Shown here: piece after piece, positions 9,329 through 17,395 of the stretch
How positions within the stretch are numbered: the stretch's first letter is position 1
How the letters are laid out: each line of letters begins with the position of its first letter
Source: a virus
Taxonomy: Duplodnaviria > Caudoviricetes
Virus record (IMG/VR): IMGVR_UViG_3300044858_002901
Location: 1 to 31,427 of that record
Direction: 5' to 3' (one strand)
Length of the DNA stretch: 31,427 bases
Made by a program: the position numbers and the translations under genes
Notes under the pieces: generated by a model
The model's input: only the letters and a program-made list of their open reading frames with translations
Database searches by the model: none
Told to the model about the DNA's origin: nothing

Positions 9329-9834
9329 CACGCATCCTCCAGGCCAAGTTGGGCCAGCGTCACAACGGCCGGTGCGTAGTCGCACGGCGACTTCGTCCAC
9401 GAGTACCACATGCCGTAAGGATGCCGCGAAGGCGGCAACACCGACTGGGCCGGAAGCCCGCCGAAACGCACCTCATAGCCGCCGATCTTTCGCCACCCGC
9501 ACTCAGGAATCGGATCAGCCAGGCGGAAAATGCGGTGCTCACCACGGCCGCTTGTATACGTCGGCGTGTCGGCGTTCAGCAGTCCGAGTTGCTTCACGAT
9601 CCTGAGGCCAGCAGCGTCATCAAACTCGACATCGACCAGGCCGCCATGCCCGCAGAGCAGGCCAACGTTATAGCCGGATGACAGCCACTCGGCGACCACA
9701 TCGGGCGACGTTGTCGCGGACTCATGCCACGCAATGCCGAGCGGCCTTTTGCTGCGGCGGCCAACTTTCACGCACGCCGCACCGTGCTCGAACAGGCCAA
9801 CAAGATCAGCATCACAAGCGACAGACAGCGACAT
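9328..9834 (-). CDS. stand-alone Prim-Pol (bifunctional primase/polymerase) domain protein
   Basis: NVGLLCG..LVDVEFD, TPTYTSGRGEHRIF and VLPPSRHP.G..YSW motifs. AAGGAG RBS. Confidence 0.82.
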   Translation of the reverse strand: MSLSVACDADLVGLFEHGAACVKVGRRSKRPLGIAWHESATTSPDVVAEWLSSGYNVGLLCGHGGLVDVEFDDAAGLRIVKQLGLLNADTPTYTSGRGEHRIFRLADPIPECGWRKIGGYEVRFGGLPAQSVLPPSRHPYGMWYSWTKSPCDYAPAVVTLAQLGLEDA

Positions 9835-9858
9835 GCGGGAACTCCTTGAGGATGCCCA

Positions 9859-9888
9859 ATCGTAGGCATCTACTCATCGGTTTTGCAA
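9859..9888 (-). promoter_or_regulatory. putative sigma70-type promoter for Prim-Pol/ligase
   Basis: TTGCAA-N18-TACGAT. The -10 lies inside a GATGCC...GGCATC inverted repeat (9851-9870). Confidence 0.4.
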
Positions 9889-9999
9889 TGCCGCCGGCAT
9901 GCGTTTCGTGCCTGAAAATATAGTGCAAAACGCACTTTTTGGAGGCGAGCAAATAGGGCCGCGAACGCACAGAATCACGCAGGACGCCAGCCGTTTCGA

Positions 10000-10145
10000 G
10001 GTGGCTTGTACACCCGATGACGCTGGCGGCTCGCCAGAGGCTAAACGCCAGGCCCACCAGGGGCCGTTTATTTCGGCCACGCGTGCGTGGGGCAACCGTG
10101 GGGTTTGGTATCCGGCGCGGCCCTATGATGCCGACCGCCCCCGGT
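10000..10145. other. probable cos/packaging region
   Basis: Non-coding interval just downstream of HNH and upstream of the terminase block. Position-based inference only; the cut site was not determined. Confidence 0.4.
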
Positions 10146-10464
10146 TTGTTGCATTTTGCAACACTTCGCCACGCTCACGCATCGTCTTGCGTGCGTGGCA
10201 CGCCGAGCAGCGGCACGCACCGTTGCTCATGTCATACCGCTCGCCGCCTTGAGCGATTGGCACGACGTGGTCGGCATGGTTCGCCTGGTCGATGCGTCCG
10301 CAATCCACGCACGCGAACCCATCCCGCGTCAGGACCGCCTGACGCCACCGCCTGTGTGCCTTGCCGCAATACCCACGCGCCGCCGCGTTAGGCCGTCCGC
10401 TCTCGTCACGCCTTGCGGCGGTACGCAGCCTGAGCGGCTTGTGGGTTGGGATCCGTTGCGGCAT
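10123..10464 (-). CDS. HNH endonuclease (HK97 gp74-like packaging cofactor)
   Basis: CVDCG...DHVVPIAQGG...N...CSACHARKT. Confidence 0.92.
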   Translation of the reverse strand: MPQRIPTHKPLRLRTAARRDESGRPNAAARGYCGKAHRRWRQAVLTRDGFACVDCGRIDQANHADHVVPIAQGGERYDMSNGACRCSACHARKTMRERGEVLQNATNRGRSAS

Positions 10465-10826
10465 CAGCTCTTGAACATCACCACACCGGTGGTGCCGGTG
10501 CTGTTCGTCGTGGACGAGACGATCTTCAGGAACTCGGCACCGAACACTTCGTCGGGCAGCGAGTAGGCTCGCCCGTCCGTGCTTGAGGCCGACAGGGTAA
10601 GGTCACAGACGCTGCCGTCCGTCTTGAATAGCCGGCGGAAGGTGCCGGTGCTCGATGGGCTCACCCACATCTGCAGCGTGCTGGCGTTGGTGGAGATCGT
10701 GCCAATGGAGAGCACAGCCCCGGCAACGTCACGCATATCGAGCGTGGTGGCCAGGCTCGTGGCCGTGTGCAGGGTGATGTCGAGGTCGCGGGATTTACGC
10801 GTGATGATCGAGTCGCTCATCGTCAT
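10464..10826 (-). CDS. hypothetical protein (Ser/Thr-rich, beta-rich)
   Basis: 120-aa ORF coupled to HNH (TGATG), preceded by a GGAG RBS. Confidence 0.7.
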   Translation of the reverse strand: MTMSDSIITRKSRDLDITLHTATSLATTLDMRDVAGAVLSIGTISTNASTLQMWVSPSSTGTFRRLFKTDGSVCDLTLSASSTDGRAYSLPDEVFGAEFLKIVSSTTNSTGTTGVVMFKS

Positions 10827-10908
10827 CTCCTGGTATGGCTCGGGTCGTGCCCGAATCGTGGCCTACGTCCAGCCTACGCGGTGGCGGGGCGTATCGTGCA
10901 GTTTGCGG

Positions 10909-11187
10909 TCAGTCGCCTGGCGGCAGCGTCGCCGCGTACTGCTCGGCGGTGATCTCCTCAACGGCACCGCTGGTAATGAGTTGCGGGAGCATTTCGCTTG
11001 GCAGGTTGTAGGCGCAATACTCTGCCGAAATGCGTAGGTACACGCGCCCCTGATCGTCGCTCGGCAGGTCCGCCACCAGCGGCAGCGTCCGCGCGGTCTT
11101 CGTCTGCGCGTTCGGGTACCCGTAAGCCGCGTCCAACTGGGCGCAGATGCTTGCGTACACTGCGGGCGTGGAGCGGAAGTATCTCAT
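10909..11187 (-). CDS. hypothetical protein
   Basis: MRYFRSTP...; ATGA overlap with the upstream gene. Confidence 0.65.
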   Translation of the reverse strand: MRYFRSTPAVYASICAQLDAAYGYPNAQTKTARTLPLVADLPSDDQGRVYLRISAEYCAYNLPSEMLPQLITSGAVEEITAEQYAATLPPGD

Positions 11188-11963
11188 GCAACGGTGATGC
11201 CCCACTTGCGCCCGAGGTACCGCTCAACCTGCAACCGCTGGGCGTCGGTGAGCACGCGGGGCCACACCAGTACCTCGCCGATCCAGCCGTCCAGCAGGTT
11301 CGCGCCGTTGCCGCCGCCGACAGAGACGGCCAGGCTATCGGTGTCGGACGTGTTGCCGGTGGTCTGGAACGACGTGTTGCTGCCGGCGAGAGAACCGTCG
11401 GCGTAGATGAATGCGTCCGAGTTGGCGTAGTCGCACACGGCCGACGCGATCCTCGGATTAGTCGTCCCTGTGCCGTCTGCCCGGGCGAATGTATTGGCGT
11501 CAAGTCGGCGACCGCCAACCGACAAACTGTTCACTACCGGAGCAACAGAGGCGAGAGCCGCGCGGGCCTGCGTGGAATTGGCTCCAGACGAAAAGATTAC
11601 GGCCGTATAGCCGAGCGAAATCGTGGACAGCGCGTCCCATTTGACGGCCGCGATGATCGTCGCCCCGCTCACGTTTCGCAGAAGCCCCAGCGTCGCGGCG
11701 TTGCCAAGCATCTCTTGGCCGCCCGTGTAGTCGAGGACGCGCCGGCCGTTCTGTGTGCGGTTCACCGCATTCGGCTGCGACGCGGCGGTGTCCTGCGCGA
11801 CATGCCGCCCGTTGCCCGACAGGTCGCGCCACTCGCTGACGGTGTTCCCGTTGAGCGTCAGGCTGCCGCCGTTGCTCGCGTCCAGCCACATGCCCAGATT
11901 CGGGATGGTGCGCGGGTCGAATCCGCTGGCCCGTGGCCGCAGCAGCCGGTTGTTCATCGCCAT
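11184..11963 (-). CDS. LamG/concanavalin A-like lectin domain protein
   Basis: WLDAS....TL.GNTVSEWRDLSGNGRH..Q....QP and G.IGEVLVW.RVLTDAQR.QVERYL..KWG motifs. Confidence 0.8.
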   Translation of the reverse strand: MAMNNRLLRPRASGFDPRTIPNLGMWLDASNGGSLTLNGNTVSEWRDLSGNGRHVAQDTAASQPNAVNRTQNGRRVLDYTGGQEMLGNAATLGLLRNVSGATIIAAVKWDALSTISLGYTAVIFSSGANSTQARAALASVAPVVNSLSVGGRRLDANTFARADGTGTTNPRIASAVCDYANSDAFIYADGSLAGSNTSFQTTGNTSDTDSLAVSVGGGNGANLLDGWIGEVLVWPRVLTDAQRLQVERYLGRKWGITVA

Positions 11964-11967
11964 TTGG

Positions 11968-12030
11968 TTACCTTCTCACTGCCAGCACAAATACCGCGAC
12001 GATCAGCAGGATCAGCAGCGTGTGTTCCAT
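11968..12030 (-). CDS. 20-aa single-pass membrane peptide
   Basis: MEHTLLILLIVAVFVLAVRR. Strong AAGGAG RBS; fills the gap between two genes almost exactly. Confidence 0.55.
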   Translation of the reverse strand: MEHTLLILLIVAVFVLAVRR

Positions 12031-12033
12031 GGC

Positions 12034-12258
12034 TCACTCCTTCGGCTGTAACGCATATAGCAGCCGCGTTTGCTCGCCGATCGCCTTGCCAATCTCGCGT
12101 TGCGTCTCGCCCAGCTCTTTTACGAACGCACGATGTTCTTCTACCAGAGGCAGCAACACGTCATTCCGAAGAATCCAGCCAGCGGCAACGGCAACCAACA
12201 CCGGAAAGCCCCATCGCTCCATGATGCCGAACATGGTGTCTTTCGCGGCGTCAGTCAT
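12034..12258 (-). CDS. holin-like small membrane protein
   Basis: One TM segment (WGFPVLVAVAAGWIL) followed by a coiled-coil-like tail. Confidence 0.5.
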   Translation of the reverse strand: MTDAAKDTMFGIMERWGFPVLVAVAAGWILRNDVLLPLVEEHRAFVKELGETQREIGKAIGEQTRLLYALQPKE

Positions 12259-12604
12259 GGCTGCCTCGCATGCTGTGCGTCATGGCATACATCGCGGTCT
12301 GGTTTTCCTGCCGCTCCATCCACCAGCGCAGCAGGATCTTCACCACCTCGGAGATGAGGGCAGACAGCACCAGCGTGAGGATGATGCCCATGCCGTATTC
12401 GCGGCGGGCGATCCGTTCGAGCTGACGCCCAAAATGCACGCCCACTACGTTGGCCTCGCCGGCGTCGCATTGCCGCAGCACCATGCCGGGCCAGTGCCGC
12501 ACGGCGGATGCAACGAGCCGATACACAATGCGACGCCCTGTTACGGTGCGTTGCAGCACTGGGAGTTCGTGGTAGACGTGCGATTGCAGGTCAGCGAGCG
12601 TCAC
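12251..12604 (-). CDS. hypothetical membrane protein
   Basis: 117 aa with the hydrophobic segment MGIILTLVLSALISEVVKILL. Confidence 0.65.
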   Translation of the reverse strand: MTLADLQSHVYHELPVLQRTVTGRRIVYRLVASAVRHWPGMVLRQCDAGEANVVGVHFGRQLERIARREYGMGIILTLVLSALISEVVKILLRWWMERQENQTAMYAMTHSMRGSHD

Positions 12605-12878
12605 GGCAGCCCTCCACGCATACGCTCTGTGGCTCGCGGCCCGTGCCGCCGCATGGCTGGCAAGTCACCTTGACCGTGCCATCACCGACGTAGCCACGCC
12701 CGTCGCAGTTCTGGCATTTGCCGTCGCTGGGCGGCGTAGGCGTCGGCGGGATCTGCTGCCGCATCTGCACGACCATCCGCGAGGTCTCGCACGCGATGTC
12801 TGCCGTGATGCCGTGGTCGCTCGGCAGCGTGGCAACGCAGCCGGCGGTCACGACCAGGAGTGCGACCAGGAATCGCAT
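12591..12878 (-). CDS. putative lipoprotein with DnaJ-type zinc-finger repeats
   Basis: Signal and lipobox MRFLVALLVVTAG-C, Pro-rich linker, then CQNCDGRG and CQPCGGTG. Confidence 0.65.
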   Translation of the reverse strand: MRFLVALLVVTAGCVATLPSDHGITADIACETSRMVVQMRQQIPPTPTPPSDGKCQNCDGRGYVGDGTVKVTCQPCGGTGREPQSVCVEGCRDAR

Positions 12879-13801
12879 CACAGAATCCCCCGCAGCCAGT
12901 TGTCGGGCATCTGCGTCGGCTTGAAGCCGCTGTAGCCGGCGTAGACGTAGGAATCACGGCCCGACAGCATCCGGTCACACACGTCAGCGTCAATGTAGAA
13001 TGAGCAGTTGCGCACCGCTTCGGGCATGTCGGCAGGAAAGTGCTTTCCCGTGGTATTGGAGTCGCCCCACGAGTTAGCACAGAGCAGGCCGGGCCGCTTG
13101 CCGAATCGGACGCCGATCAGGCACATGCAATGCCACCAGACGCCGCCGGCCTTGCAAAAGCCGTCTGCATCCCGCGTCATACTGAAGCCCTGGCCGCTGC
13201 ACACAACGACCGGGTAGCCGTTGCTGATCGCGGCAGCCGCCTCTCGAAATGACGTGGCCAGCGTCGTTTCGCTGCACCGTCGCTCCTTCGCGAACGGCTC
13301 GAGCACGTTGGGCACGCCGTTGCGGCCCCAGTCACGATCCCTCTGTTGCTTTCCTTCCTCGCGGATGATCGTGCCGCCGTAGTCCACGCCGTAGTGCAGG
13401 CAGCCGAAGTCACGGATGGCCTTGGCAGCGTGAAAGCCCGTGGACCCGTCGCCGCCCGTGTTCGACCGCTGGCCGCGGGCTTCCACTCGGCTGAATCCGT
13501 ACAGGCTCGCCTCGATCGTGCGGCCAGCCCACGTCTCCGCATCTTTCCGCCAGTGGATGTCGCACGCAGCCAGCACGTCAACCGCCAGGCTCGCGCCCCA
13601 GCCCACGCACGAACCGACGTTGCCCTGCGAGCCGCGACGCCAGCCCGGCGAGCACGCCAGCAGGGCCGGGTACAGAAGCACGTCTTGGTTGGCGGCCTGC
13701 AGGTCAGGCCCGGCCGTCGAGAGCGTCGGGTGCGGCAGCGTTGCCACGAACGCCTCGGCGCCCTCGGGATCGGGCACGTAGCCCATTCCATGCTCGGCCA
13801 T
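12878..13801 (-). CDS. papain-like (C1A) cysteine peptidase
   Basis: QGNVGSCVGW (oxyanion Gln and catalytic Cys), HCMCLIG (His) and ANSWG (Asn). Confidence 0.88.
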   Translation of the reverse strand: MAEHGMGYVPDPEGAEAFVATLPHPTLSTAGPDLQAANQDVLLYPALLACSPGWRRGSQGNVGSCVGWGASLAVDVLAACDIHWRKDAETWAGRTIEASLYGFSRVEARGQRSNTGGDGSTGFHAAKAIRDFGCLHYGVDYGGTIIREEGKQQRDRDWGRNGVPNVLEPFAKERRCSETTLATSFREAAAAISNGYPVVVCSGQGFSMTRDADGFCKAGGVWWHCMCLIGVRFGKRPGLLCANSWGDSNTTGKHFPADMPEAVRNCSFYIDADVCDRMLSGRDSYVYAGYSGFKPTQMPDNWLRGIL

Positions 13802-13804
13802 GCG

Positions 13805-14413
13805 TCAGCCCCTCCCGACGCCGGCCCACGCCACGGCACGACAGAACGCCACGTAGCGGGCTCGGAGGTCAGCCGTGACCGGAACCACGTCCTTGCCCAC
13901 AGCGACCGCGTAGGCGGCCTCCACGGCGGCCCGTAGCGGCTCGTTACCGCCCGGCACATGCTGCCCGATGCGGCGCCACGCGATGTCCACGGCGAGAGCG
14001 GTGAACGCCCGCAGCGAGCGAGTGTCCGTGAACACCACCTCGGTCGTGACCGCGTCTCCGGCCGCTACCGTCGCCGCTTTCGTCCAGACCTCGGCCCACA
14101 AGGCACGGTCCACGGGCGAGGCACCACGAAGGGCATCGGCAATCGGCTGCACCAACGTCTGCATCTCGGCACTCGGTGTCTCGACGGTCACGGGAGCCAC
14201 GGGGCTGGCAGGCAGCTGCGGCAGCGGCACCTTTCCCCACGCGGCGGCGATCAGTAGGGCGATGGCGGCAAAGCGGCCGATCAACCCGGAGCGGGACTTG
14301 CCGGCGGCGTACAGCCGGCCCGCCGCGTCGGCGATCTGCTGCCGGTGCGGAGCCAACGCCAAAACCACCGCCAGAGCGACGGCGACGGCACGAAATGCCA
14401 AGTCAGCATTCAC
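13805..14413 (-). CDS. membrane-anchored hypothetical protein
   Basis: GTG start overlapping the upstream stop; two N-terminal hydrophobic segments, a Pro linker and a helical domain. Confidence 0.65.
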   Translation of the reverse strand: MNADLAFRAVAVALAVVLALAPHRQQIADAAGRLYAAGKSRSGLIGRFAAIALLIAAAWGKVPLPQLPASPVAPVTVETPSAEMQTLVQPIADALRGASPVDRALWAEVWTKAATVAAGDAVTTEVVFTDTRSLRAFTALAVDIAWRRIGQHVPGGNEPLRAAVEAAYAVAVGKDVVPVTADLRARYVAFCRAVAWAGVGRG

Positions 14414-14709
14414 TTGCGGCCCTCGACTTGGAGCACAAGGAACCGCACCAGCGCTTCGCCTTCCTTGGTCCGCAGCAGGTCCGACAGCAGCCGCACAAGT
14501 TGATCGTCGGCCACGCTCTTCGTCTTGGCCGCGAGCCACTCGCACGCCTCACCGACGATGATGCTCTTCTTGTACGGGTCGATCTCGTTGACGAGCCGCT
14601 GGCCGTAGCCGATCAGCGGCGACCAGGCCGAGAGCAGTTGAATCTGCTGCCAGATGTTGAGGTTCGATCCGTACTTGTCGAGCTCGGCGGGTGTGGCTTC
14701 GTAGTTCAC
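14410..14709 (-). CDS. hypothetical protein
   Basis: 99 aa, GAGGA RBS, GTGA overlaps at both ends. Confidence 0.7.
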   Translation of the reverse strand: MNYEATPAELDKYGSNLNIWQQIQLLSAWSPLIGYGQRLVNEIDPYKKSIIVGEACEWLAAKTKSVADDQLVRLLSDLLRTKEGEALVRFLVLQVEGRK

Positions 14710-14972
14710 GGCGTGTCCTCCTCACCCGATTCTGCCTCGTCGTTGTCGGTGCCTTGCAGCGGCGTCACGTTTACGGTGTCGTTCAGCCAATCCCACGCCG
14801 AGCGGTAGCAGTCATCCGCCTCGTCTGCGATGTCCCGCTTGTCGAGCCGTAACGGCTGCTTGAACGTCTCCTCTTCGAGCACCTTGCCGTTGGCGTCAGT
14901 CATGTAGCAGTAGGCGTACAGCTGGCCGTACTCCACGACGATCCGCCGGTGTACGTGATCGTTGCCGCTCAC
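14706..14972 (-). CDS. acidic hypothetical protein
   Basis: GTG at 14972 overlaps the upstream stop; GAGG RBS. Confidence 0.6.
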   Translation of the reverse strand: MSGNDHVHRRIVVEYGQLYAYCYMTDANGKVLEEETFKQPLRLDKRDIADEADDCYRSAWDWLNDTVNVTPLQGTDNDEAESGEEDTP

Positions 14973-15331
14973 CACTGCACCTCGCCGGCCTGGTCCTCGA
15001 ACGCGTCCAAGGCTTCGTCTGTCATTTCGATACGCTTGAGCGTCACGGGCTGGCTTTTGATTACGCGGCGGTCCTCGCGTACTTCCTCGCTCCACGTCGC
15101 CTGGATCTCTTTCTTGGTCTGCTCGATCTCGCGGGGCGTCGGGTCACGCTGTCGCACCGGCTTGGCCCGTAGTCGCCTGTCGTGCCGGGGCGGCAAATGC
15201 CAGACGTGCTTTAGCCTGATGACTTGGTCGCGGGAAATGGTCCACCGCTCGCACAGTGCCCTCATCGGCATGTGCGTCAGCCAATCGGCGCGGAAAGCGG
15301 CAACGCTAATGGTCGCCGTGCAGCCCTTCAT
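14969..15331 (-). CDS. HTH-like protein with RDPTP.EIE motif
   Basis: Helical MRALCERWTISRDQVIRLKHVWHLPPR segment; similar layout to the protein at 19434-19742. Confidence 0.6.
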   Translation of the reverse strand: MKGCTATISVAAFRADWLTHMPMRALCERWTISRDQVIRLKHVWHLPPRHDRRLRAKPVRQRDPTPREIEQTKKEIQATWSEEVREDRRVIKSQPVTLKRIEMTDEALDAFEDQAGEVQW

Positions 15332-16214
15332 TGTCGGTCATCCAAGCCATAACGCATCGCTGCGACGGGTTCAGGTAAAGGTGCTGGCCCGTCGCCTTGG
15401 CGACGCTTGCGTGATACGGAACGTGCTCGCAGTCTTTCACGCCGTCATATGTGCCTTGCAGGAAGGCTTCGGTGCGGTAGATGCACAGCCCGCCGAATGC
15501 AGACGAGACGAGCACGGGAGGCGAGCCAACCGGCGGCAGCCACTGATGCTTCCAGCCGCCAAGGCCAGCGGTGTAGTCATCAAAGTAGCAACGAGACTGC
15601 CCAACTCCACGCAACGCCCAGGCATCGTAGTGCGTCCATCCTTTGCCGATCTTCGGCTTGCGATCCTCGCTCATGCCTAGCATCGTGAACTCGTTGAGCG
15701 AGACGCTGGCCATGCCGTAGGCCCCCTGCAATTGCACGAGCCATCCGATGCCGTTGAGAACCCCGGCGTGCGACCACCCGCCCCACTGGTCCCAGTCGAT
15801 GACGATCACATAGTCGGCGTCGGCGGCACAATCACGCACCCACCGCTGGCACGCATCGCGGTACTCGGCCAGGGCAATCGTCCTGCGGCCTGCGAACTCG
15901 GCCCCGTAGTGCTCGCGGCCCAGAGTCTGCGAAGTAAACGTGGCCTGCTTATACGCATCGGAAAACTCCTGGAGCACCTGAAGCGTCTGGTCGGTGCTGT
16001 CGTTCTCTTCGATGTGCAGTGCCCACGACTTGCACGACCGCACAAGGTGCTCGAGCCGCCCGAGGTTCTCAGCCAGCCGCACGGCACAGTTGCGGGCCAG
16101 CCCGACGAAGGCGAGCTTGGAATTGGCTAGTCGTGTTACGCCATCCTCATACCTTTTTTGGAATAGCTCGGCGAACGGTTCCAACGGGTAGATAAGGTGG
16201 TCGGGAATGTTCAT
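15306..16214 (-). CDS. GT-A glycosyltransferase (CAP59/Anp1-like motifs)
   Basis: GLARNC, EENDSTDQT, LAEYRD, VIVIDWD (DxD), SAFGGLCIYR and DCEHV motifs. Confidence 0.78.
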   Translation of the reverse strand: MNIPDHLIYPLEPFAELFQKRYEDGVTRLANSKLAFVGLARNCAVRLAENLGRLEHLVRSCKSWALHIEENDSTDQTLQVLQEFSDAYKQATFTSQTLGREHYGAEFAGRRTIALAEYRDACQRWVRDCAADADYVIVIDWDQWGGWSHAGVLNGIGWLVQLQGAYGMASVSLNEFTMLGMSEDRKPKIGKGWTHYDAWALRGVGQSRCYFDDYTAGLGGWKHQWLPPVGSPPVLVSSAFGGLCIYRTEAFLQGTYDGVKDCEHVPYHASVAKATGQHLYLNPSQRCVMAWMTDNEGLHGDH

Positions 16215-16744
16215 TTCTTCCACGCGACTCCGAGGCCGTAGCCTTCCGTGATGATTTCGTGCGGTGCATTGTGCTTCGCCACGAACTCGTCAAAGCACTG
16301 CATGAGATCCGGGTGAGCCGGGTGCAAGATGTCATGGAACACCACGCAGCCGCCGGGCTTCACGAGCGGCCAGACGTTCACCAGATCGGCCATGCCGCCT
16401 TCGTATGAGTGGTCGCCGTCCACAAGCACAAAATCGAACGCTTCGGCCTTCTCGGGCATTAGCGCCGGGATCGTGTGTCGGCTGTTGCCGTCGAGAAACA
16501 CACGGCGTCCGTTAAAACTGAAATCGTCCAGCAGCTGCTCGATGTGCTGGTGGTTGCCGCGTCCGCTGCCGCCGTAGTCGCTGCCCCAAAGATCCGCCAC
16601 CCAGACCGAGAGCAGGTCGGCCGCGGCGTTCTCCAGCACGATTCGCAGCGAGTCGCCTTCACGGGTGCCGATCTCGAGGTAGTGCTCGACCTTGTGCCGT
16701 TGGCAGTGCTCAGTTAGGTAGCGGTAGAGGCTGGCGTTGCTCAT
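16211..16744 (-). CDS. class I SAM-dependent methyltransferase (Methyltransf_24-like)
   Basis: LEIGTREGDS, VDGDHSYEG and VKPGGCVVFHD motifs. Confidence 0.9.
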   Translation of the reverse strand: MSNASLYRYLTEHCQRHKVEHYLEIGTREGDSLRIVLENAAADLLSVWVADLWGSDYGGSGRGNHQHIEQLLDDFSFNGRRVFLDGNSRHTIPALMPEKAEAFDFVLVDGDHSYEGGMADLVNVWPLVKPGGCVVFHDILHPAHPDLMQCFDEFVAKHNAPHEIITEGYGLGVAWKK

Positions 16745-17244
16745 CCGATCCGCACGGTAGTCCGTGCCTCCGTCAAATGAAAAGTTGCCTCGTGCTCTGT
16801 CGCTGAGATGTCAAACGCAGTGACGGCAACAGCTAGCGCCGCCCATCGGTGCTGAGAAATGCCGTAAAGCGGGCCTGGCGACTTCTTGGTGCCAACTGCG
16901 CCGCACCTGTCAATCAGAGCCTGTCGAATGTTGCCGTCCTTGGCTCGCGGCGATTGGCACAAGTGCATCTTCACGTCGCGGCGAGGAACAAGCCGCAGGC
17001 TACGAACGTGCTGCGAGAACATGCCGATTGCGAAAACCGTCTCAAAAACCTCGCGGCCAACCGCCATGCCAAAGGACTCAATCCATTCGCACGCAACAGG
17101 GTCGCACGAAGAATCCAAGTACGCAGCAAGCTCGGCGTTTGGCATATCGCCAGAACGCACAACGCGAGCGCCGTTCCACACGACGTACGAAGAGTCGCGC
17201 GGGCCTGGGTCAATCCCGGTAACGGTTTCTCTGGTAAGCGCCAT
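16741..17244 (-). CDS. RuvC-like Holliday junction resolvase
   Basis: GIDPG near the N-terminus, a central acidic E (CEWIES), and a KDGNIRQAL...AALAVA C-terminus. Confidence 0.72.
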   Translation of the reverse strand: MALTRETVTGIDPGPRDSSYVVWNGARVVRSGDMPNAELAAYLDSSCDPVACEWIESFGMAVGREVFETVFAIGMFSQHVRSLRLVPRRDVKMHLCQSPRAKDGNIRQALIDRCGAVGTKKSPGPLYGISQHRWAALAVAVTAFDISATEHEATFHLTEARTTVRIG

Positions 17245-17358
17245 GCCCGCACTATCGCGAGCATGTCAAGCCGGGCATCCTTCACGGCGTTATCCGGCGT
17301 CGCCGTCTTTCTCGGTCGCGTGTCTGCCTAGCCGCCGCGAAACTCGGTTGGTCGCCGT

Positions 17359-17395
17359 ATTAGGCTGCGAACTGGCAGCCTAATTCTTGTTCTAT
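17359..17395 (+). other. left boundary of cassette array: perfect 10-bp inverted repeat plus lone GTT core site (attI-like)
   Basis: ATTAGGCTGC-GAACTG-GCAGCCTAAT followed by TCTT-GTTCTAT. GTTCTATTTC (17389-17398) is the exact reverse complement of GAAATAGAAC (17652-17661). Confidence 0.55.

Noticed and set aside
16211-16744. DNA methyltransferase / restriction-modification system
   Set aside because: The motifs fit a small-molecule or glycan O-methyltransferase. There is no DPPY/NPPY or PC motif.
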